Shown: positions 1 to 12,399 of the stretch, piece by piece
Numbering within the stretch: the first letter of the stretch is position 1
How the letters are laid out: every line of letters starts with the position of its first letter
Assembly (NCBI GenBank): GCA_036172245.1
Contig: JAYWIR010000061.1
Location: 558,001-622,000, forward strand
DNA from: Raillietiella orientalis
Taxonomy: Eukaryota
Length of the DNA stretch: 64,000 nt
Direction of reading: 5' to 3'
Notes under the pieces: model-generated
Databases searched by the model: none
Told to the model about the DNA's origin: nothing
What the model saw: the letters and a program-made list of their open reading frames with translations, nothing else
Translations under genes and position numbers: made by a program

Positions 1-1870
1 CGGATTTCTTCGAGCTGATTTGTCGGGGAGCGAGCATGCGCGTCAACAAGAGCAAGTGCAAGGTCGTCCCGGCAAGTGAGTCGTGGGGGGGGGGGAGCAG
101 TCTGACCGGATCCTGCTGAGGATTTCCATGGGCAAGTGCTTCAGACACCTTGGCATTTCGTTGAGCGTCTTCGACGCTGCCGAAGCGTGGTCGGACTGCC
201 TTCAGAAGTCTGAGTTGGCCCTCAACCCTCCATGGCAAGTTCAACCTGTCGGAGTGGTCTTCCATCTGAAACACCTTCGTGTCCTCCCCCCCTCCGCCCG
301 CTGTTTTTTGTCTGTCCGACCTCCTACGGGGCGAAGCTGCGATCTCAACGCCTGCTGAGGAACGTCCTTTAAGGACCTGCGAGGTGCAGGATCCGCCTCA
401 AAGACTTGGCGCCTCCGCGTCGCGGTGCCGTCTTGGGCATCCTCACGCTGGAGAGAATCGGTCTGCAAATGCAGTTTCGAATGCTGGCACTCTGCACCAA
501 GTTATAGACTTCCCCGTTGTTTGAACCTGCATGCATCATCCTGCTGAGATGCGACGGCAGCGAAGGACTGCTCTCGTTGCTGTCGAGCACTCATTATAGG
601 ACGCGGGGATTTGGCTTCCCCCTGAGGCAACTCGCATGTCTAGTAGAAGCCCAAACATCTCCTGCTACCCAATGAACTTCAATTCCTGGCGGCAGAAGGC
701 TGTTGAGTCCTGAGCTGCATTCCAGGCAATGCGCTCTCAAGATCTTTACTACCACGACTTTTGGAAGTGATGATGCAGGACGCAGCGAAGTGGTCGAGCC
801 TGGCCGCCACCCTCCTTGCCGAAGCGCTGCGTACCCTCAGGACAAGAGACGACAGTAGCCTACCGGCGAGGTGGGAGTTTTCCTGCACCATCGCGGGAAG
901 GGACAAAACTTCTTAGAAACTTGATGCTTGCAGCATGAGCGAGCTGGTGGATGCTGCCACTCTACGTGCTGTGGCAACGGGACTCCTTCGGTGGAGTGAA
1001 CTTTTGAGTGTAGCCCCCGAGGAACTTGTGGTCCTCCCCCATTGCCTGGACACTTCGGTGTGCCTCCTCTCCTGGGGAAACAGACCGTGGACGGCATCTA
1101 AGTTTGCAACTTAGCTCTTCCTCGACTGGGGATTCCAGTGCAACGAACACCGGCACCCTCGTTCCCGCGGGGGTCGCATCACCGAACTGTGCCAGGTGCA
1201 GGTCAGCAGAGTCGATCCCGCTGCACCTGCTTTTGGACTGCGGTGCCCTGCAGGAACTGTGGTGGAGGCAGCGCTCCTGCACCAGGAAGACATTGCCCGC
1301 GACGGTTCTTTGCTCCGGGAGAACACTCGACGGGAGCGATGAGCGCAATCATTGGTTGCATCTGTGACATCACGGCTCGCCATGTGCTGGAGACGACCAC
1401 GAAGAGAAGGGAGGTCACCAGGATGGCAACTGGGCTACATGAGGACGGCAGCAAAGTGGTCTCACCTGCCAATGGAAGACCAGGGGAGACCGCCAACATC
1501 CAGTGACGGTTTTGAAACGAAGGAACGGCAGATACTGGTCTTGTCGTCCTTCATTTTTTTTCTCATTCCCCATTCCCTTTCGCTCCGAAACTTTCCCAGT
1601 TTCAGTGTATTGATCCCGGTGTATATGAAACAAACCCAAAGGCCCTTGCCCCAACCCCCCGAATTTACTCTTTTTTTTTTGGGGGGGGGGGGGGGGAGGG
1701 GCAATGGGAGTAGTTCTCCTTACCCCTCCCGTTACTGACTTTTTAAGATCCCGACCTGCGTATCGGAGGACCCCTCTCCGCTCAGTTTCTTGTGTCCCCG
1801 GCTGGAAACCAAAGTTCCAACTGTTTTTTTTTATATGAAATAAACGCTTCGGCATGACCGGATGAAAAAC
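1..1870 (+). mobile_element. Decayed L1/Tx1-clade LINE (family A): 3' part of ORF2 (RT thumb, C-terminal zinc finger) and 3' UTR
   Basis: Frameshifted translation parallels the better-preserved copy at 13628-15400 (GKCFRHLGI, SPNCARCRSAESIPLHLLLDCGALQELW). Pyrimidine-rich UTR, then AATAAA plus a hairpin at ~1839-1870. Confidence 0.85.
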
Positions 1871-2224
1871 CTCTTGGAGCAGCAATGGAGACGAAGTTTG
1901 GTTTCTTCTGAGCCATCGTCACGGCTCGCTATGTGCTAGAGACGACCACGCAACCAATGGAGGTCCCCAGGGTGGCACCCGAGCTGCTTGAGAATGGTCG
2001 CGAGCTGGCCTCATCTGCAAGAAAGTCGCCAGGAAGATCGCCAGCATGCAGAGCCAGATAGCGGAAAAGATGAGCAACTGAAACCCAGGACCCACGGTCC
2101 TTTATTTTATTTTATTTTCACTTTATTTATCGTCCCTTCCCTCCCACTCCTTCAGAATCCGACTTGCAAGCTGATGATCATCTCCAGTGAACTTTTGTTT
2201 TTCCTTTGTCTGCACCCAATAAAG
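1871..2224 (+). mobile_element. Tx1 family A 3'-terminal fragment
   Basis: catcgtcacggctcgctatgtgctagagacgaccacg closely matches 1368-1401; ends with AATAAA at ~2218. Confidence 0.7.
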
Positions 2225-3400
2225 TGATGGTACTGCGACTGATGGCTGAGTGCGCGACTTCGTCTTCAGAAAAAAAAAACGCTTTTCTGGATGACAGGAG
2301 GGAGGGAACATTCGTCCTTCTCCCGGACCAAGGAGTGCTGCCAGTGTGTCGAGCTCCTTACCGAAGCTCTGGTGGAATCTTCCATCCACAGCTTCCTGAT
2401 GGCGAAAGTAATCTCCACTAGGGAGGAGAGCTCACCGAGATCTCGCGTTTCCTCCCTCCTCAACTCCAGGAGCGCTGTTTGACAACTGGATGATGTTTTT
2501 CACTCCAATACTGGATCAGTCAGACTGCGGAACACTCCGCTAGCCAACTTCTGGAACCATCTCCGAGGAAGGACGGCTGATTACCAGGAAGCAGCATGGG
2601 ACATAGGCTGTCGACTTGACGACCAGGAAGTCCCCTTCCTGTCACAGAAGTCCGGCTCCCTAGCAGCCCGAGTGACCCCGGAAAATTGGGCTAGCGGGTT
2701 AGCTCGGCGGGCTCTGTTGGATCTAAGATAGCAGAACTTCTGTGTTCCCCGTTAGTGCGTGGACGCAACACTTTCACTGACCCTCCTTAACAATACTTTC
2801 CTTTTCCCACTTTCCACTATAATGCCAGGAGGGCCCATGAAACGGGTGTGTGCGTGTCTTCGTCCTGTGGACGCTGTGACGAAAAGATGGCCATGTCGCA
2901 CATGATAATGGGAGTGCGGCCTGTATGGCAACAGTTGGCACAGGCCATTCTCCTCCCCTCTGGCAGTGCCGCAGATGTACTACGGCGGTTCTTTCAACCT
3001 ATTGGTCTCCAGAGTTCTGCGATGATAGCAGTACTATGCATCATTTGCGGAATAGTGCTCTCAAGGAAGATCCTCGAGCTGCAGCGCAGTAAGCTTTCGG
3101 CGTGGAGTTTTGCTCGGCCATTCCCTGAGATGCTGTTCTCTCTCCCCTGCAACCAGGATGGAAGTTGCGAAAATCCTACGTCGCATCTAGGCTTGTGATA
3201 TCGGTCTAGTGAGCCCTCCTTCCCTCTCCATCCCCATCCCTGCGCTCTCCTCTCCCTTCCTACCCCCCGTCCGGATTACAGCCCACGCAAGTAGGACGGC
3301 ATCTAAGTTTGCAACTTAGACTGCCCCTACCAGACTATCCACAATTGTACTGTGTGTTTATTTTCTGTAACAAACGTCCCGACGCAACCGGGTTCAAAGA
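2225..3400 (+). mobile_element. Diverged Tx1-like LINE 3' fragment
   Basis: Zinc-finger remnant (SSCGRCDEKMAMSHMIMG...VWQQL), pyrimidine-rich UTR, and the family 3' motif aacaaacgtcccgacgcaaccggg at ~3369-3392. Confidence 0.6.
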
Positions 3401-3499
3401 GCGTCTTTCGTCAGCTAGGTCCAGACGCTCTCGCATAAAGAGTGAAGGAGGAGGAATAGAATTTGGTCATCGGGCGGGGTAACGCAGGCGGAATCGAGA

Positions 3500-4980
3500 G
3501 TTCCTGGCCCAGCCTGTCTAGGAGGCATGCTGCTGCCCCGGCCAACTCGGCGCTCGACCTCGTCTCTGCACTCGGCCGCCCGGAGTGAACCTGAATTTGG
3601 AACCCGCCCTCACAAATACACGTGGCCGCTCCCGATTTCCCACCCGGATCCGGAGAGTGACAGGTGCAGCGTACACGTCAGCTGCCAGGCCGGGTTCCCG
3701 GTCGTTCGGCCTGCAAATAGCAAAACCAGTGGAGAAAAAGTAGGGAGTTTGCTTCGTTACCGCAGCAGGCTGAGCCAAATCGGGCACCGGTCAGGGATCC
3801 CCTTCTTAGGCGGCTACGGCGCCAGCGAGACCCTAGAAAGGTCAGGCAGAGTCGAGCTCTCTGTGCATCTTTGATCCGCCCGCCAGAGCAGGCGATTCTT
3901 CGAGGAAGGTGCCATCGGCCGACCCCCGCATTTCGGAAGGAGACCCGGTGGGAAGAACCACTTACACGAGGAAGCGCGCCCTCGAGTTCCATAGGGAAGT
4001 CCGCTCGAAGTTCCAAGTGGACGGTTTTTTTCTACTGGAGTCGTCATCCTCTTTCCATCTGGGCTGGCGTCCGCCGCCGTCTCGTCAGGATAGCGAAGAC
4101 AAGCGGCTCGCCCTTCCCTCACACCCATCCCCGGATCCCAAAGAGAGACCCTCACTCTCTTGCAACAGGACCCGGAGCGCTCCGTGAAGAGGAAGAACTG
4201 GACCGGAACTCACGGCTGAGCGCAGCCAGAGGTAGTCAAGGGAACGGGAGGCTGGGAAGTGCTGCTCCGGGTGCAACTGCGCCGACGAGAACGGACGGAA
4301 GAATACCGGAGAGAGGCACAGGCGACCAGAACGCCTCCCAGCCCTTTTTGGAGTAAAAGGGTAGCACGGAAAGTCGAGCCATTGGCAGAACCAGCGCCTG
4401 AAGGTGGCACCAAGCCTGTCCAGCGAGTTCCAGGAGCTGCCGGTTCGCCTTGAAACCGCGTGCCGCACGCCCGGGAGCGCACGACTCCCTGACCTACAGC
4501 CTCTGCTTGGATCTCATGCAGACGGAGGTCGAAACCTCCCGCCATCGGTTTGCGCCGTGTGCACGCTGAGACGGCGAGCCGCTGATCCCCCCTCCTTCCT
4601 TCCTGAACAGACCCGCGCACCTTCGCCGCGACGCGATCGAGCGACTCCGCTTGGACGGATGACCGACCCAGCCTTCGGCGAAGAGGGGGAAAAAACGCTG
4701 TCCGCCACCTCAGCTCCTCCCGCCCCCGGCAAGATGGCCACACCGCTCTCTTGATCAACACTGCGACGCCGGAGACAACTCGCGTTCGATGTGCACCACC
4801 TCCCTCGGGACGACTGCATGGATCTCCCGAAGGAGCCGCGAGATTTCTCTCCCGGTCACTCCCAGGGAAGTGTATTTACTACTAAAAAAAAACAGTTGGG
4901 AGCCGAGTCCCCAGCCGAAGACAAAGGAAGTTCAAGGGGAGGGTCCACCGACACGCAGGTCAGAACACCTAAAAAATAGG
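3500..4980 (+). mobile_element. Putative Tx1 ORF1 (RRM-like) remnant
   Basis: SGIPFLGGYGASETLERSGRV and YTRKRALEFHREVRSKFQVDGF resemble LINE ORF1 RRM segments; loosely related to 6900-7150, 9560-9790(-) and 30350-30760. Confidence 0.4.
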
Positions 4981-5930
4981 AAACGGAAGGGTAAATAAAT
5001 ATAGAAATGTGGGAGGACGGAGACACGGGTCTTCGACTAGTCCCGACCTTCTAGAGAATGAAAAAAACCGGGAAAAGTCCGGAACAGGTAGGGGAGGACG
5101 AAAAACAAACAAATAGGTAGATAAGCGGTGGATGGGAACAGGATTGCTAGTGTTGTCGGTTCCTTCTTTTCAAAACCGGCGCTGGACTTCGGCGACCTTC
5201 GCCTTCACCTCTTTCTCCTGATGAGGCTACCTCTCAGCCGTCCTCATGTAGTCCGACTGCTATTGCGGTGACCTCCCTTCACTGTGTCCGCGTCCCGAGC
5301 GCATGACGGGCCGTGACGTTGGCGCGGAAGGGGAAACACATCGTCGTCATCGCTGCACCAGCCGAAGAGCCGCTGCAGCAGGTCACGGACGGTGGTGTCC
5401 TCCTAAAGCTGGAGGAGTGCCGAAGTCCAGCCTTCTCCACGGTCTGTGGAGGACGCCGCAGTCGTAAAAGCAGGTGCGGGATCGATTCCGCTGACCCACA
5501 TCTGACGCGTCTCAAGGATGCCACCCCCTCCCCCCTCCTTTCCCTGAGACGAGTTCAGGCGCTGACTGCACTGGAACCTCCAGCAGAACAGCCACGAGAT
5601 CAAGCAGGTGGAAGGCGCTCGCTACGGCGCGCCTCTTTGAGTCGCTGGCGCATCCCTCAAGAGTCGCGCTAACAGACCACGCCAACTCCAGGAGGAGGAG
5701 GTTGCCCTCATCATCCCTGGAAACTTCGGGAGTGTAACGGAACCTCGAGGTGGATGATGCGTCTCCGTGACCTCGTGATTCGAGAGCGTTGTTGTTCCCC
5801 CGCCGCTCCCCGCTTGCGAGCCTTCGGCCAGCGGCATGGCGACTTCGGTAGCGCCGCCAGCCGCGACCTCCTTCGGAGTCGCCCCGGCGTGGAGTCCGAG
5901 AACTCCGGGCTAGGTGAGCATCCCGGTCGC
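4975..5930 (-). mobile_element. Tx1 family A 3' fragment (antisense copy)
   Basis: ORF 5279..5524 (RCGSAESIPHLLL) and LAETLRRLA/RLAALP segments match the other family A 3' ends. Confidence 0.75.
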
Positions 5931-6477
5931 CCGGAAAGACCGTTTGCTCCCGCTTGCATTGTTGGTCCTGGAATTCAGGGACTTTTTTTGTTTGGGGCAT
6001 TCGGCTGGCGGGTGGGGCGAGCCGCCTCAGCGTCTCAGCCACGACCTCCCTGCATTTCTCCGAGGTCAGAGGAGAGTGGTCTTTATGTTTCCCCTCTGCG
6101 CCCGTTGGTTGCGCTGGTCCTTACGCCACTTCCGTGAGAGCTTCGCTTCTTATCGCACCATCCGATCTGTATCCAGGAAGAGGGAGGCTCCCTTCATTCC
6201 CTCCTCTTCCTTCTTTCTTCACCCTGCCTCTTTCCCCTCTCATCGCTCATTTTCTCCTGTTTGGGACTTGTCCTTCTAGGAGGACGCGCTTGTTTGTGCG
6301 CCCGAAGGCTTCCGTTCTCCTGCATGGCTCGCAAGGATCCATCTGACTTTCTTCGGGAGCACCGCTGTCGCGCGCCCAAGCTCACCACAGCTAAGTGCCT
6401 CGAGAACCGTCGCGCCCCTGGAGGCAACCCACTCAGCTCTTCCACGCTACTTACGGGTGCGTGTAATTTATCAAGAT

Positions 6478-6910
6478 AGAGGCACTCCGGGAGGGGATCA
6501 CTCTATGAATCCAGAAAGGACTTCCTAGAAGGGAGTCCATTCCTCTCACGCCTGGTGAGGGATCCTCGAAGGGAACCCTCCATCCTGGTTGTCTCCGAAG
6601 AGAACCTCGGAGGGAACCGCCTCTTCCTTATTCTCTTCAGAGGAACCCCCGGAGGGGTCCGCTTCATTTTTCTTCTCCAGAGGGAACCCTGATAGGATCC
6701 GCTAGTAGGAATTTCTTCTCTGGAAGGACTCCCCGGAAAGGAACCGCTCCTGTTTTTACTACCCTGAAGAACCCCGAAGGAACGCTCCCGTTTCTCAGAA
6801 GGGCGCTCTCTGAAGGGAGCGGCACGCTTCTTTGCACTCACTGGAGAGATGGCGGCATACCTACTCGATGGTACGACACGGAGGGTCACCCCCGGAGGAT
6901 GGGTCCGCTC
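6478..6910 (+). repeat. Degenerate tandem array, ~41-43 bp period, ~9-10 units with palindromic cores
   Basis: Units include gagggatcctcgaagggaaccct (6557), gaagagaacctcggagggaaccgcct (6597), gaggaacccccggaggggtccgct (6640), gagggaaccctgataggatccgct (6680) and gaaggactccccggaaaggaaccgct (6723), separated by pyrimidine-rich linkers. Confidence 0.75.
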
Positions 6911-8690
6911 ATTTGCACAAGCGGAGGGGAACTCCCACTCCTTGATTCCTGGGAGGACCCTGGAGGGTTGACTCTCAATCGCGGGTACTCATCGGGGACT
7001 TCCGGTTTGAACCGCTACCAGTGCCGCACCCGAATGATAGGACAACCAGCGTCATCTTGCAGGCAAAACTCGAACCCACGACGCACCTCCGATGTCTCGG
7101 CGCCGATTCTTCCCTAGTATTTGAACCTGCAACGCTTGGTGGTGCCATGCACGGAGTTCGTGACCACATGACCTCCGAAGCAGGCAAAAGGTTCACCACA
7201 GCTCGGCCACGAATCAGGTGGCGAATCATTCCTTCTTCAGGTGCTCCCTCTTCTCTTACCGCCCCCACCCCTTGCAGTGGCCGTGTACCTGCGTTTCCTC
7301 CCCGACTACAGCCCAGTGGCTGTGCCACCTGCTTGCCGCTTGCGTCCTGCGGCTTACCCGCTCCTCGTGCCGCGACCCAGCTCAGGACCGACAACTTCTT
7401 CGAATCCCTGGGCGGGGTTGGGCTTATGCCACAGCTCGTGGACGATAACTCGCTGCTCGAACGCGTCGGTCACCTCGTGATCAGCGACCCTGCCACTTAG
7501 CGCAGTCCGTAAGAGGCATTGCACGAGAGCACGCTCTTTGTACGCCCGCAAGTCCGCTGAGAGCCATGAGGCATTCCGCTTCCTCTTAACCTGCCTCAAT
7601 CTGTCCTACCAGCTCTCCAGCTCGCGCTCAACCAGCCCAGAGAGGAGCTTGCTCACCTCAAGTGGGGTTCCATCGACAGGTAGAAGATTGCGTTGCAGAA
7701 TGGGGTTCTTGACCATCTTTGCAGTCCTCCTAACCCGATCCATCTTTCCCGGGAGGCTGTTCTTAAGGACGCCCTGGTTCATTCCGCTTCGACGACTTTT
7801 TCCTGACAGTTCCATGACAGTTATCTACCGGAGGAGTGGAAGATCACCTGCACGATTGCAGGGGAAGCCGGATCCATTGGTGGCTGGAAGACGAGCGAGC
7901 TGGCAGACGCCGCCACTCCTCGTCATTGCGCAAAGAGACTTCTTCGGTGGAGCGAGCTGCTGAGTGTGATCCCCCAAAGAATTTGCGGTCCCTCCCTCGT
8001 GCGTGTTCCCTCTTCGTTAGAAGCAGGACGTGCTTCTGCTGTTGCCTTGGGATTTCCATTGCAACCAGCGCACGCACCTGGTTTCCGGGGGAGTTGCCTC
8101 CACGCGCTGCAGAAGATGCAGAGCAGAGCAATCGCTCCCGCAGCTGCTCTTCGACTGCGGTGTTCTCCAAGGACTGCGGCGATGACCACCTTCAGTGCTC
8201 CTGCACCACGGGAATACCGCTATCGCCGTTGTGCGGCGGTTCTTCACGCGTGGCGGACCTCTCGCTAGACGACGGTCATCGCAACGATCAGTTGCATCCG
8301 CGCCATCGTCATGGCCCATGTTGCGATCGCGAGCGATAACCAGAGAGGTCAGCAGGATGGCAGACGCCAGCATGAGGATGGCTACTAGGTGACCTCATCT
8401 CAACGAAGAAATGAGGGAGGAGATCGCCGGCATTCATTGCCGGTTCTGAAAAGGAGGAACGGCCAAACCCAAAGACTCCCCCTGTCCCCACCCCCTGCCC
8501 CTATATATTTTCTTGTATTTCTCACATCTTTGTGGTCACCTCCCTTCCGTTCCGGACTTTCGGAGTGCTCGACCTGTGTGTCGGGGAGCCCTCCCCCTGA
8601 ACTCCTTCTCTCTTAATCTGGAACTTTGCTCCTGTACGGTTTGCTCTACTTTTCAAACAAACGCCCCAGGTGATAAACGACTTCTTTTGC
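6478..8690 (+). mobile_element. Internally deleted Tx1 family A element: 5' repeat array, ORF1 remnant, ORF2 3' end and UTR
   Basis: 6938-7140 is homologous to 9560-9670(-) and 30510-30720; 7800-8690 is homologous to 14560-15400 (zinc finger ...SQLLFDCGVLQGL); ends aacaaacgcccc...aaacgac. Confidence 0.6.
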
Positions 8691-8779
8691 CACGTCCCAC
8701 AGGGGACTCTTCGGTGTTTTCTTCTTGCAGATTGGGCGCATCATGGGGGAATCCTCCCGGCGTATGCCCGAGTCGATAA

Positions 8780-10400
8780 GCCGAACGGATGTCAGGAATA
8801 AAGCGAATGCAAAATGAGACCATTAGCAGTCTCGTCTTGTCCGGACCTATGCTCTCGGGACCCCTAGAGCGCGAAGGACCGCATTGCTGTTGCCGCGAGT
8901 GTCCTGTGGGCCAACGATGAAGGCACGCACGTACTTGCAGACCTCCTCTGGGAAAGTCGGCGGACAGTTTCTTAGTTTTTGTCTTCCTTTTTCGTCCCTG
9001 GAAGTGGTAAATTTCTCCGCCCGATCGCTAAAGGGAATGACATATCCAGCACCCTCCTTAAGTCGGAAATTACCCCTCATCCCTTTGATCTTTGCCATAA
9101 GGCTGAGAAAGGACCCGACCACCATCCTGGAACTGCGGGCTAGTTAAAGAATTCGGCTTTTCGCTAAAGAATTCCGTGGATGAGGACCTCGAAATGAGCC
9201 TTCAAGCGGACCCTTGGTCTCAATTCGGAAAGCGGGTTTGCAGCCCCACGTCATGTGAGCCCGCACCTCCGCGCCCTCAGGAGATGGATCGGCGGATGGA
9301 CATCCAGAAAATCTCTTGGGACTCGCTTCCAAGAGTGCTACAATCTCCCTGGAAAAGAACTCCGTGGTTCCTACAGCTCGGTAGAGGACCGCCGTGCAGG
9401 GGCTGGGAACTGCCACATCAGAAAGCGCATCGTCTGCCACAAGGTGAAGCACGGAGTTGCCTTTTGGATGGATGCAGCGCAGTTTCGCAATTCAGCAACC
9501 TTCCCGAGATCATCTCTTCCGGATCGGCAATCTCAAAACAAAGCCCTCCCTAACCCGCGTCGGCCTGTAGGCTTCGGGTGAGGCACTGGTATAAGCCGGA
9601 AACTCCAGATGCCCCCACTGACTGACTGGGATTGGAAATCCTCCGAGGTCCTTCCAGGAATCAAGGAGCCCTTCGGGGTTTCTCTCCGGCTGGAATGCGC
9701 TGCTCCCGTGAGATTCAACCATCCCCTGGCAGGCATCACGCTTAGGAGGGAGGATCCCTGTGGCGCGGATGGATTTCGACCACAATTCGAGAGTGGCTGG
9801 ACAGCGTCGAGGACCCAGACGAATCCTCTCGGCAGCATGGGCTTCCAGCGGGAAGATGCCGTTCTCGCGAAGGCTGCAGGAGGTCCCAAGAGGCGCGCCG
9901 ACGCTTCGTGAGTGCCGGGATCCCCCGTTTGAGGAAGGAAGAGGCACCTTCGCACTCGCGCGGACGCGAACCGGGTCCCTCTTGACCTTTCGGGCGGCTC
10001 CCACTTCGAACTCTTCGTACTCCATGGTACGAGACGAAAGGATCCATCTCTCACCATGGAGCCGGTGGATTGATGACACCTCTCCAGAGTGTCAAGAAGC
10101 GCGCTGCTTCCTTCGGGAGGCTCCCCTTCAGAGAAAACTCGGAAGCATCCCTCCAGAGTCCTCTTCAGAGGAGTCACAAGAAGCGGTTCCCCTGCGGGTT
10201 CCCTCTGGAGAATAAATTCCAAAACCTTTCTTAGCAGGCTGGAGCTGCAGAATTGATACGTTATGTACAGAAGCGTCCAGGAAGTTCGGCACCGGGGAGT
10301 CATCAATGGACGAGTTCCATTACCCAAGTGAGTTAGCAGCACTCGCCTGCAGTCTTCCATTGAAGTTGTTATCACTGCAAGGAGCTGTCCATTCCTAAGT
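8780..10400 (-). mobile_element. Tx1-like element 5' part (repeat units, ORF1 remnant, start of endonuclease)
   Basis: Reverse complement of 10085-10220 matches 6705-6850; ctccttgattcctggaaggacc matches 6938-6959; AFIVGPQDTR resembles the APE-endonuclease DI..LQET motif. Confidence 0.5.
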
Positions 10401-11149
10401 GTGGATCGTGCGGCAAAGTCAAGACAAAAGGCGGCCCTCGCTCGGAGGCGTTTCCGCTTTGGCGGCCTCAGCCGCGATCGTTCCAGCCTCTGAGCTGCGG
10501 ACTCTTTGAGTTCAACACCCGGCGCTCAATGAAGGCGTCGGGTGCTCTTGAGGATAGAGAATGCTCTTCGCACTTCCTTCTGCCCCGCTGGCTTGCTGAC
10601 TTCGAGAGCGACATGGTCGGCTCCAGCTACCGGTTCGACTAACAGCTACCGGGTTCAGCTGACGGTTCCGGTCCCCAGGCGCGGATTCCACATAGGAACT
10701 TTGCAGAGGCAACTGGTTTTCCCGTTCCTCGTTCTCAACGGCCACTTGATTCTTTTCCGAGGTTCGTCGCTCTGATTACTCCCGGCGACGCCTTTCAAGG
10801 AGTCGAGAAAAAGATCGGTGCTGGTTAGTCATATTCTGTCGTATTCCGCCATGGCAACTACTCTTCGTTTTTCATTTCATCTGGTTGTCTTCTTTTTTTT
10901 TTTCCTTTTTTGAATCTTTTGAGCGGTGAATACTTTTCTGCCTCGAAGGGTGCCTTTTTCTGGAGACGCATTCTGGATTGCTGATTACTTTTTACTGAAA
11001 GGACATGACAACCGAAATGGACAGCATCGCGGTAACCGCAGTTTCCAATGGACTTTTCAAAGGGGCAACCTGGAACCGTCACTTTCCTGAACCACAATGC
11101 CATGCCAGGAGCACAACCGGGGACGGCGAGTGGAAGCCGCGAGCTGCAA

Positions 11150-12060
11150 AGTTCCTCGAAGCATTCTTCTTCTGCAAAAGGCTGGTGGCTGCCACGGCGG
11201 ACTGCAAGGAATCGCGTGTTCGCCGAGGGCAGCCTTTCCGACACGGTGGCAGGCGGTGGATGCGAGTTCTCGGGATTCGATCTGCGACGACCTGGCGACA
11301 TCACCGCTGTCTGCTGCACGCAAAGGCTATACGTGATTGGCGATCGCTGCCGAATCGTCCGAAAAGCTCTTTTTTCTTAGTCCTCCAGGTCGCAGTCAGG
11401 TGGTTCCCGAGCAAATAGCCCTTTGATCTAGAAAGATCTCGAGCTTTTCAGAAGGATGGCGTTTTTCTTCTAGTGCGGTCTGCTGGCAGTCTCATGCTCG
11501 TATATCAAGATAACACTTTGGAGGGAACAAGCCAAATACCGATTCTGAGAAACAAAAAAAAGAGAGGAGCTGCCTGCAAAATGCGTTAGGACCGTCGAAT
11601 GATCGAGAATGAGATTCCAAATCTCGTGTTGTCGATGGAAATTTTTATATATAAATTCAACTCTCGTTCTATTCGCAAAAGGACGCTTTGCTACTGCCTG
11701 TACATGAGCGTGCCGTGAGGTATCCTAGAAACGAAACAATCCATTTGTTTTTCCTTTTGTTCTGTCCCTGCTGCTGCTTTTCTCTTCGAGTCATCGGCTT
11801 GTTTCTGCTAAGACTCCGATCGGTCCCCTCGAAACGGACTTCGCCCCCATTCATCACGCATCGCTCCATAATTAATCGTGTTCGAGAGGCGACAACCTTA
11901 ACGAAGTCCCATGGAAAGCCATGATTGCTGATGTGGGCGGGCAGACAGGTGTTTACATGTTTGCTTACTTGATCGCATTAAAATTCTGTTGTCATGGCAC
12001 CGACACGAACTCAAATCCATAAAATTTCCAGACATCACTCCGGAAGGATTGCGGGAGCTG
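11150..12060 (-). mobile_element. Degenerate hAT (Ac/ZBED-like) transposase fragment
   Basis: RSDVWKFYGF resembles a BED-finger start (~12045); PPPATVSERLPSANTRFLAVRRGSHQP resembles the hAT C-terminal dimerisation motif PATS..SER.FS. Confidence 0.55.
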
Positions 12061-12399
12061 CATTGGATTGGGTTACTGCTGTCAAGACAACAGTCGTAAA
12101 CCTCAAATTTTTTTGTCCGTGAAGAGTTTAAATGTGGTATCTTCAAATTTTATAAAAGGTTGTTCACAAAAATAGCCTTATTTGTTATCAAAAAGCAATA
12201 GATTGGTTTCAGGACCCCATGCCAAAGAAAACTGTAGGGTTCTGGCGTGCTTAATATTTCATCTCTTTCAAAGAACACATTTACTCATTCGCCTGCTGGA
12301 TTCCATGATTTATTTTGTGTTCCCAGGTTTGCCAAATACTTTTAGAAAAATCCCACGTCCCACCTCAAGAAGCTGGTTGCAGATTCGTAAGGGAAGGAC

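Noticed and set aside
5218..5245. Hammerhead ribozyme (CTGATGA plus a short stem)
   Set aside because: No GAAA after stem II and no stem I/III; other CTGATGA sites also fail.
6478..6910. CRISPR array or deltavirus/viroid-like RNA
   Set aside because: Eukaryotic context, highly degenerate units, short linkers, no cas genes, no delta-antigen or ribozyme motif; linked to LINE 5' regions.
10319..10332. Nematode SL1 spliced-leader-like attacccaagtgag
   Set aside because: Partial match only; no GGTTTA start, splice donor or Sm-site context.
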